The position numbers and the translations under genes are program-made. The notes under the pieces were generated by a model. The model had not been told where the DNA came from. It saw only the letters and a list, made by a program, of their open reading frames with translations, and did not search any database. Shown piece by piece: positions 10,427 through 17,404 of a DNA stretch of 64,000 nucleotides (positions are counted from its first letter, which is position 1; each line of letters opens with the position of its first letter). The DNA is from a virus. Location of the stretch: the IMG/VR virus record IMGVR_UViG_3300045988_074170, one strand, 5' to 3'.

Positions 10427-11461
10427 TTAATCGATTAATAATTCTCCTGGCTTGGGCAACTTAGCATTCCACTTCGGGGGGAATACGAACTCAATCTTCT
10501 TCGGACTCTTTTCGTAGGTGTGCTTGATACGTTCATTTCTACCTTTGTTGAAAGACGCTCCTAATCCCTTTGCAAACTTCGATGTTTCACAGAAACAGTT
10601 CTGAAGATTTGTAAGAGTAGGAACAGGCTCCCACGGTAACGGGTTCCACTTCATACCTGTCTTTTCGCAGAAGTCACCCATCAGCCTTTCAAAGTTGTCG
10701 TGAACCCACTTGATAGTGCCCACATAGTCATAACGCTTTCCGGACGCTCCGTCAAATGTCCAACCGATACCTTTCAGCGACCCTGGACCAGTGATGACAA
10801 AATCGTTTTCCGAAAAGTTAAACAGGGGTGAATAATTCAGGTCAATGCAATATTGCTGAGCCGTGAAGTCCCCGTAGATTTTCATATTCCTGAAAACCCA
10901 ATACAAGTCCTCAAAGGTCTTCGCCTCTAAGAAGTCATACAAGTGTCCGTTCTGAAAGATTTCATCTTCGAAGATACGAAAGTGGGCACGATGCTTGCTC
11001 ATCCCTGTAATATGTTTATATTCGGGATATTGATAGAAGAAGCAGTTCACGATGTAGGCATTACCATATATCGTGTCTCCGCCATCAACAACCTTGTCAA
11101 GAAACTTCGCTATGTTTTCCAAGCCTGTTTCGTAGGTGATGTCCCCGAACTCCTTTTCCAACAAATCCCACGTTTCGTTCTTATTGAAATGCTTGAAAAG
11201 CAATATGCGAAAGAACATATCCTCTGGTTCATACTGTTTGCCATTGTAAATTACACGGCTCAACAGGTATTGGCTGACCCTATCCAAGCATCTATAAACA
11301 TTGGTGAACTTGAATCCCCGAAGTATTTCATCGTCTGTCCATGGTCCAACCTGTCCATTGTACTTTTTCCAGAAAATGTTTTGTCTTTCGCATATCCAAT
11401 ACAAAAACCAATTAAATGTTTCTAATGGAACTGGCTTAAACGATTTTATATCTTTTCCCAT
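10427..11461 (-). CDS. aGPT-Pplase-like protein (alpha-glutamyl/putrescinyl-thymine pyrophosphorylase family, DNA base hypermodification)
   Basis: 344 aa. The N-terminal signature WTDDEILRGFKFTNVYRCLDRVSQYL matches my recollection of the family motif (W.DP.L..YRF.N.YR..DRVSQYLI). Not verified by HMM. Confidence 0.5.
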   Translation of the reverse strand: MGKDIKSFKPVPLETFNWFLYWICERQNIFWKKYNGQVGPWTDDEILRGFKFTNVYRCLDRVSQYLLSRVIYNGKQYEPEDMFFRILLFKHFNKNETWDLLEKEFGDITYETGLENIAKFLDKVVDGGDTIYGNAYIVNCFFYQYPEYKHITGMSKHRAHFRIFEDEIFQNGHLYDFLEAKTFEDLYWVFRNMKIYGDFTAQQYCIDLNYSPLFNFSENDFVITGPGSLKGIGWTFDGASGKRYDYVGTIKWVHDNFERLMGDFCEKTGMKWNPLPWEPVPTLTNLQNCFCETSKFAKGLGASFNKGRNERIKHTYEKSPKKIEFVFPPKWNAKLPKPGELLID

Positions 11462-12230
11462 TCGTTAATTCTCTTGATTTTATAAATTTACATAAAGATT
11501 TCCGGCACACCCCTAAAGATTCTTTAGCAATTCCAATTGAATCAAAAGTCCTCAAAATTTCCCCTGAGTCAGAAATTTCAATCACTCTTTTAGAACGTTC
11601 CCGTTTAAAATCTTCAGAATGATGCTTACCATAAAAAGGATTCTTTTCTCCTAATTTTGATTTAGAAAGATTTAACTTGTGAGTTTCAGAAAATTTCCTT
11701 CCCTTCCTTGCTAAAGACATTTTCAAACGAACCTCTACAGAGGCTTTCTTTCCTAAATGTGCTTTAGAAATACGCTTTCGACCCTCTTCGGTTAAATAAC
11801 ACTTTCCTCTTCTACTTTCCGCAGATTTTCTTATTGATTCTTTTGATGGATGATAACCCTTTCGAGCTAAAGACATATTTCTACGACCTTCTTCTGAAAC
11901 TTTCCAAGACGCACCCAATGTGCCTTCACCACCATCCGTCGTATTGTACCCGTTGCGTCGGGTGTCGTACTTCTGAATGAAGTGTCTCTCAAGGAAGTCA
12001 AGCTTCGCTTTAAGAGCCTGTAAAGAGGAAGCCTCAACCGATATGACTTCCTCTATTGTGAAGTTCTTGGAACCGTACTTTCGAATCGCTCTATGAAACT
12101 TGAGAGCGGAACCGTTGTTAGCGGAAACAACATGCTGGCGCCACCGTGCCTCAATCGACCTAACAGTTTGCCCAAAATACGGCTTTCCATTCTTTAGGCA
12201 AGTGACGCAATATATTATCCCGCGCTCCAT
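11436..12230 (-). CDS. GIY-YIG homing endonuclease (free-standing, Seg/I-TevI-like, NUMOD3-type repeats)
   Basis: GIIYCVTC...GKPYFGQT is the GIY-YIG motif; FHRAIRKYG and YNTTDGG follow. Repeated S.E.R.K.S.A..GK modules are present. Overlaps both neighbouring genes. Confidence 0.9.
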   Translation of the reverse strand: MERGIIYCVTCLKNGKPYFGQTVRSIEARWRQHVVSANNGSALKFHRAIRKYGSKNFTIEEVISVEASSLQALKAKLDFLERHFIQKYDTRRNGYNTTDGGEGTLGASWKVSEEGRRNMSLARKGYHPSKESIRKSAESRRGKCYLTEEGRKRISKAHLGKKASVEVRLKMSLARKGRKFSETHKLNLSKSKLGEKNPFYGKHHSEDFKRERSKRVIEISDSGEILRTFDSIGIAKESLGVCRKSLCKFIKSRELTNGKRYKIV

Positions 12231-12967
12231 TATTTACCTTTCTCAAACGTTTCAAAAGAGTTTCTTTCAATGTAGTCCGACGCTTCACAGAAAGCCACGA
12301 ACTCTTCACATAGTTCTGACAGCCCAAAGAAATTGAAAATATGAACACCCAAGTCCCAGACCGGAGCGTCATACGGTTGGTCGTGAAGAACCACACAACC
12401 GCCAGCCTCATTCACCTCTTCTCCCTCTCTTTGAGCCTTTTCGAAGTCGTGCATAAAGGTTCTGTGCTTTCGCCACATGCAATCTCCCTTAGGAGACTCG
12501 CCAGACCTGTATGCTATCCGAGCACAATACTCATCCCATTGGTCGTCACGGTAATCATACCTGACATGGAGAATGTTCGTAAACTCACTCTCTCCGCATA
12601 AATCCAAGGGACGCAATCGCCATGATACAGTTGTTCCTGCACCATCAATCAAAACTCCATGCCCTGCCTTAGACGTTTCCTTCAAGAAGTAGGATAGACC
12701 CTCAGCCTTGCACAGTCGCGACGTCATACTGTCGTAACCTTGCCAGCGTCGGATACCGCCATTCTCATAGAATTTCCCAACGAAAACCATATTGAAGTCC
12801 TCGGAGTAAACCCCGACTTCCTTTTCCTTTCCGTCAAGTGTCTTAAACTTGTATGGGCGGAGTTTCATACCTAATGATTCGAAGAACTCGAGGAAGAGGT
12901 AAACCCTTGTAGATTTACCGCTCCCCGAGATGCCTTTAACCAATACTATGGATTCCCCGTCAACCAT
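12230..12967 (-). CDS. P-loop kinase, candidate 5-hmdU DNA kinase
   Basis: 245 aa with Walker A GISGSGKST at residues 12-20. It is the neighbour of the aGPT-Pplase-like gene, separated only by the homing endonuclease. The assignment rests on context. Confidence 0.4.
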   Translation of the reverse strand: MVDGESIVLVKGISGSGKSTRVYLFLEFFESLGMKLRPYKFKTLDGKEKEVGVYSEDFNMVFVGKFYENGGIRRWQGYDSMTSRLCKAEGLSYFLKETSKAGHGVLIDGAGTTVSWRLRPLDLCGESEFTNILHVRYDYRDDQWDEYCARIAYRSGESPKGDCMWRKHRTFMHDFEKAQREGEEVNEAGGCVVLHDQPYDAPVWDLGVHIFNFFGLSELCEEFVAFCEASDYIERNSFETFEKGK

Positions 12968-13687
12968 TTACTTCTTCTTTGGAGTTTTCTTTGCGGGTGC
13001 AGGTTTGGCGTCCTCAGCCAGTTCCAACGCTGTTACACGTTTCTTGATAGGCTTGTCGTCACCGAACTTGACCATACACTTTTCTTTTCCGTCTCCGGAC
13101 TTGTACAGGCGAGTGATTTCACCAACAGCGTCCTCGCCTTTCAGGATAACTTTCGAACCTACTTTCAGTCCCGGAATTTCTTCCGATTCTTCGAGGTTCT
13201 GACGTTTTGTTTCACGAGGAGTCTTGTCGGCTTTCGCTGACTTCTTTTCCTTCATAGACTTGTCTGATTTAGACGGAGTCTTGCGGTTTTTCTGACGTTC
13301 CTCGTACTCTGCCTCAGCCTTTGCCAAGCGTTCTTCCTCTTCCGGAGTCAGTTGTTCTTCTGACTGATAGGTAGAGTTGCGTTTGTTCTGACGTTTCATT
13401 GCTGCTTCGGGTGAACCGTCTTCAGGGTCGGGGTCTTCAGCAGCCTCTTCTTTCGCAGCTTTCTTAGGAGCAGCCTTTTTGTCAGCTTTCTTTTCAGCGA
13501 CTTTCTTGGCTGGAGCTTTCTTAGGAGCTTCCTCTTCTTGAGCGGTTTCGCCACCTAATTTGTCAAGGAACTCTTGAGCTACCTTAACTTCCAATTCACT
13601 TGAATTTTCATCATTGATGATTTCTTCGAGCTTTTCAGCATCGAACTTTCTGTACTTCATCCGAAGTGCTAATGCATTACTTGCCAT
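12968..13687 (-). CDS. Lys/Ala/Pro-rich (histone-H1-like low complexity) protein with small C-terminal beta domain
   Basis: 239 aa. Contains KKAPAKKVAEKKADKKAAPKKAAKEE and ends with PAPAKKTPKKK. C-terminal region is LKVGSKVILKGEDAVGEITRLYKSGDGKEKCMVKFGD. Confidence 0.5.
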   Translation of the reverse strand: MASNALALRMKYRKFDAEKLEEIINDENSSELEVKVAQEFLDKLGGETAQEEEAPKKAPAKKVAEKKADKKAAPKKAAKEEAAEDPDPEDGSPEAAMKRQNKRNSTYQSEEQLTPEEEERLAKAEAEYEERQKNRKTPSKSDKSMKEKKSAKADKTPRETKRQNLEESEEIPGLKVGSKVILKGEDAVGEITRLYKSGDGKEKCMVKFGDDKPIKKRVTALELAEDAKPAPAKKTPKKK

Positions 13688-13750
13688 AATCGTTTTTACT
13701 TTTAATTATTAAAATTGTTTTTCTGTGATGTTTTATCACTTATCTCGCTA

Positions 13751-13758
13751 CAAATATA
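13751..13758 (-). promoter_or_regulatory. -7 promoter box (TATATTTG)
   Basis: Plus-strand caaatata reads TATATTTG on the minus strand, 64 nt upstream of the ATG at 13687. Confidence 0.4.
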
Positions 13759-13805
13759 ACTGGAAATTTTCGAAAAGGTTTAATTTTCTCCCCGAAAAAT
13801 CGAAA

Positions 13806-14003
13806 TTATTTTTTGCCGGAATGACCAAATCCACCCGCACCTCTCTCAGTGTCAGTGAGTTCTTCGACTGAAGAAACTTCGACAACTTCCTCGACTTTTG
13901 CATACGGAGCAAAGACGATTTGGGCAATTCTGTCACCATTCTCGATTGTTTGTGGTTCTGTCGACAGGTTAATCAACGGAACACCTACTTCCCCACGATA
14001 ATC
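13806..14003 (-). CDS. dut: dUTPase exon 2
   Basis: Encodes [12 protein letters not shown]...GDRIAQIVF...[12 protein letters not shown], covering the second half of dUTPase motif III plus motifs IV and V. It is in the same frame as exon 1. Confidence 0.85.
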   Translation of the reverse strand, partial: DYRGEVGVPLINLSTEPQTIENGDRIAQIVFAPYAKVEEVVEVSSVEELTDTERGAGGFGHSGKK

Positions 14004-14873
14004 CATTTAATTTTGGAGATTGTTAATCTAACAGGCTCTTTATCCTGCTATTTCTTTGCTTTATTTTGTTATATGCAAAGTTCAGACTATATCTTCACTT
14101 TCTTTTGAAAGGCAGGACACTCGTGTCAGCATTACTGTCCTCAACCTTACTTGTTTGGACTCGGCTGTTAGTCGTTGAACCTTCAAGAACATTACTGTTC
14201 ATGCTTGGCTGCTGATTGCCCACTTCTGGGTTTTCCAGCAATTCACCCTGTTTTAAGACGCCAATTATTCTGCCTGTTTTATTGTCTCTAATAATTGTCT
14301 TTTCAAAATTATGAATTGTCGTATGCTCTCCGCGAGTTAAAACTTCAAGATTTTCTAATCGATTGTCAGTCTTATCTTCATTTATATGATGAACATCGTA
14401 ACAATCTTTCAAAACTATCCAGCCACATATATTTTCAAACAGTTCTTTAGAAAACTTGTCATAGTTTCTTTCAATGATTAATCTGTGTTTCAATATATAA
14501 GTTGCCTTCCCTCTATCTCGAATTTTACCACCTTTAGGATGTCCAGGAACATTTTCCATTATATAACCTGCTGAATTTATCTTTTCATCATGCTTATAGG
14601 AACTATTCAACTCCCCTGTCAATCCAAACTGATGGTTCCCCTCACCCGTCATATATCTTGAACGTAAAATCTTTCCACATTCTTTTGAGCATGAAACTCC
14701 ATGAATTTGACGTTTAAGTCTTGACGGCTTTACCCACATTTTAACTCCACAAATTGAACATTGACAATTTGGTTCTCTATCAAATTTTCCCATACCATTT
14801 ATATTTATCGGCACAAAGTTAGTCAACTTTAATAAAGAACCATAGACTCTTATCAAGCAGTCATTAAAAGTCC
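14004..14873 (-). mobile_element. Group I intron (870 nt) interrupting dUTPase motif III, carrying an HNH ORF
   Basis: The 5' exon ends in U (GAC GCU|) and the intron ends in G (AAAUUAAAUG|GAU). An R-like element GUUCAACGACUAACA lies at 14166-14180 and an S-like element AAGAUAUAGUCU at 14084-14095. Compare Tetrahymena GUUCACAGACUAAA and AAGAUAUAGUCG. P7 pairing GACUA/UAGUC is possible. Confidence 0.8.
14095..14793 (-). CDS. HNH homing endonuclease encoded inside the dut intron
   Basis: The HNH motif DVHHINEDKTDNRLENLEVLTRGEHTTIH and N-terminal Cys clusters (CQCSICG, CSKECG) are present. ATG at 14793 (MGKFDRE); the ORF track extends to a TTG at 14856. The 3' end overlaps the intron R and S core elements. 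Confidence 0.8.
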   Translation of the reverse strand: MGKFDREPNCQCSICGVKMWVKPSRLKRQIHGVSCSKECGKILRSRYMTGEGNHQFGLTGELNSSYKHDEKINSAGYIMENVPGHPKGGKIRDRGKATYILKHRLIIERNYDKFSKELFENICGWIVLKDCYDVHHINEDKTDNRLENLEVLTRGEHTTIHNFEKTIIRDNKTGRIIGVLKQGELLENPEVGNQQPSMNSNVLEGSTTNSRVQTSKVEDSNADTSVLPFKRK

Positions 14874-15125
14874 AGCGTCTATCGTTCCGGGAGCATTGAT
14901 TACGGTCAGACCCTGTTTAACAGCGCAACCGCTGCGAGGTCTAACCTGACCCTCGTACCCCTGTTCGATTTCCATGTACAAACCAGTAGGAATGATTTTA
15001 CGCTCCATAGGAGCCAACGTGATTGAACCCTCGGGAAGATAAGCACGCAAGTCCATACCCGAACTGTCTGGAGTTTTGTACTCCGGCAGAGCATTTGTGC
15101 TCTTGTTTACGATTTTTAATTTCAT
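14874..15125 (-). CDS. dut: dUTPase exon 1
   Basis: Carries SSGMDLRA (motif I), RPRSGCAVK (motif II) and GTIDA (first half of motif III). The unspliced frame stops 6 codons into the intron. Confidence 0.85.
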
Positions 15126-15149
15126 ACTGTAAATGATTAAAATGAAATG

Positions 15150-15641
15150 TTACAACCAATCAAAATTGTTTATAATTGTGATGTCATTATATTTAACGAG
15201 AAAATCACCTTTCGAGCCTCGAATTTTGACTTCCTCCTTAGCAGGATTGTTGCTTACGACCTCCATTATCGTCCCTTTGTACAGGACTTTGGTATCCCTG
15301 TAAAGGATGTACCAACGGTCATAATTTCCCTGAACTCTTCTCTGTTCTTCGTCTTTGTACTGAAACGCTGGAAGACCTTTCTTTCCCCAGAAATTCTTTT
15401 CGACGAACTCCGCCACATTATATCCAGGAGTGAAAATACTGTCGACGTTGAATTTCACACTCAACTCAATAATCTTCAACCGCTTCTTCTTAGCAATATC
15501 CGCTGCGACTGACGCATACGTTCCATTACGGTATATAGAGGAACGTAATTTGTGAGTCAGATACTCCAATTGAAGCCGTGTCAAAAACTGTCTGTGGCGC
15601 AGTCCTTTGTCCTCACAGGTTTCTTCTCTTACTTTGTCCAT
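15150..15641 (-). CDS. Hypothetical protein
   Basis: 163-aa co-oriented ORF. Confidence 0.6.
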   Translation of the reverse strand: MDKVREETCEDKGLRHRQFLTRLQLEYLTHKLRSSIYRNGTYASVAADIAKKKRLKIIELSVKFNVDSIFTPGYNVAEFVEKNFWGKKGLPAFQYKDEEQRRVQGNYDRWYILYRDTKVLYKGTIMEVVSNNPAKEEVKIRGSKGDFLVKYNDITIINNFDWL

Positions 15642-15655
15642 AATTACTCAAATTT

Positions 15656-16366
15656 TTATTTCCATAAATATCCTCGATAAGGCAAACCATCCTCAAGTCT
15701 TTTCCTTAAAGTATGCCCATTCAATTTCAGTTCTCGTTTGATATCAATTATAGTATTCCATTCTTTAATAAATATTCCACCCTTCGAATATTGAAATACT
15801 TTTCTACAATTATTTTGATACCCAGGTTTTCCCGAATTCGCTTCTGATATTTTTCTTTTTGTTTCTTCTGAATGATGTTTTCCATATAATGGATGATTCT
15901 TTCCAGAAAGTTTATGATTTCCGAAATTCGAATTTAATTCCCCAATTCGTAATTTAGCAGCATCGCTCATTCTTTTCAAAGTCTCATCCGAAAATTTTCT
16001 ACCTTTCAAGGCTTTGCTGATTTTAGCAAGTGATTCTTCAGAAAGATTTACTAAACCATCCCCACCATCTGTCGAATTATACCCGTCAATCTTAGTGTTG
16101 AACCGCTTTATAAGCCTCATTTCAGCGTAGTCAAGTTTCCTCTTGAGAGCATCCTTCGTAGGAGCCTCCACGAACATCACCTCTTCGACCAGGAAGTTCT
16201 CCTCACCATACTTTCGTATGGCTCGGTGGAACTTGTGGTCGGAGCCTCGCTGAGAAGAACGAACATGCCGTCTCCAACGACTCCTTATAGAGAGCATCGT
16301 TTGCCCGAAGTACAGTTTCCCAGTGGGCAGACAGGTGACGCAATATATGAAGCCTTTCTGAATCAT
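15656..16366 (-). CDS. GIY-YIG homing endonuclease (free-standing)
   Basis: Contains GFIYCVTCLPTGKLYFGQT, FHRAIRKYG and YNSTDGG, plus NUMOD3-like repeats. Overlaps the primase stop by 4 nt. Confidence 0.9.
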   Translation of the reverse strand: MIQKGFIYCVTCLPTGKLYFGQTMLSIRSRWRRHVRSSQRGSDHKFHRAIRKYGEENFLVEEVMFVEAPTKDALKRKLDYAEMRLIKRFNTKIDGYNSTDGGDGLVNLSEESLAKISKALKGRKFSDETLKRMSDAAKLRIGELNSNFGNHKLSGKNHPLYGKHHSEETKRKISEANSGKPGYQNNCRKVFQYSKGGIFIKEWNTIIDIKRELKLNGHTLRKRLEDGLPYRGYLWK

Positions 16367-17397
16367 AACTTTCCCAAATAAAAATTTAACGGGTCTTCAA
16401 CATTTTTCAAAACATCTTCAAGTTCTTCAATTGAAATATTTCCGGGGTCTACTCCTGGAGTTCTAATTGCTGCAACCCAAACTGAATCAAACAAATCCCT
16501 CATTCTCAAGGCTGCTTCTTTACTTTCTTTTATTGTTCCATAGTCGTACAAAAGAATTATATTCTTCACTTTCTTTTTCAAAAGCATATCAATTTGTCCC
16601 CGACCAATAGAATTCCCAAAAGTAAAGCAACATTTCAGCCAATCCTTTTCTGTTAAGTTCAAAAGATTTGAAATTCCTACATAATCAAAAATCCCTTCAA
16701 CCAAAATAACCGTTTCAGTCCTTCCCTCTATCAACTCATCGCAACCCCCTAACAGGTCTTGAAAGTTATTCTCGGAGTTCCTGTAACGTAACACCAAGTC
16801 AGCCTCGTGACGCTTGTATGCCTCAAGATTTTCTTTGTGCCATTCCTTTGAATACCTACTGCGTGCCCACCACGCCACACACACACCATTGACTTTCATC
16901 TTAAAGATGATGAAGTTCTTCAACTTCGCTTCCAACGGTGTATTGGTATAGGAAGGCTCGAACTCCGCATAGTGTTCAGGTCGGAACCCACGATTATTCA
17001 GGTACTCATCATCCACAAGTGGTTTCAGCCGTAACGGAAGAGTAACAGGCTTTAATTCCTCTTCCTGTACCTGTTCCGCATCACCCTCCATCCACTTCGA
17101 TGTCTCCCCCTGAATATCACCTATCTTCGGACAGTTCTCAAGTTCATTCGGCTTGACTGTATAGGAGCGTTTCGCGAGGTCTGTTCTACCAAGTTTCTTG
17201 AGGAACTCATAGACGGACACTTTACGAGGACACTTCCAACAGTGGAACGTTGCCACGCCATTCATGTTGAAGATGATACCCCACTTCCCTGCTTTTCCGC
17301 AGAAAGGACAGTCCATATCCTTATTCGTGAGCCACCCCTGTGAACCAAATGGCGTGAGATTAAAATCAGCGATTATCTGTTCCTTATCGTACCGCAT
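16363..17397 (-). CDS. DNA primase (zinc ribbon + Toprim)
   Basis: Zinc ribbon CPFCGK...HCWKCPRK and Toprim-like ILVEGIFDYVG / LLYDYG. ATG at 17397 is preferred over the upstream track start, which would overlap the helicase. Confidence 0.75.
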   Translation of the reverse strand: MRYDKEQIIADFNLTPFGSQGWLTNKDMDCPFCGKAGKWGIIFNMNGVATFHCWKCPRKVSVYEFLKKLGRTDLAKRSYTVKPNELENCPKIGDIQGETSKWMEGDAEQVQEEELKPVTLPLRLKPLVDDEYLNNRGFRPEHYAEFEPSYTNTPLEAKLKNFIIFKMKVNGVCVAWWARSRYSKEWHKENLEAYKRHEADLVLRYRNSENNFQDLLGGCDELIEGRTETVILVEGIFDYVGISNLLNLTEKDWLKCCFTFGNSIGRGQIDMLLKKKVKNIILLYDYGTIKESKEAALRMRDLFDSVWVAAIRTPGVDPGNISIEELEDVLKNVEDPLNFYLGKL

Positions 17398-17404
17398 AAC
17401 GAAA

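Noticed and set aside
13806-15125. dUTPase expressed as two separate polypeptides (second half has its own ATG at 14006, as in endonuclease-split genes)
   Set aside because: The ATG's G is exactly where a group I intron terminal G is expected and the 5' exon ends in U. Clear R and S core elements are present, and splitting motif III between two chains seems unlikely to give an active site. I kept this as the alternative that RNA data would reveal.
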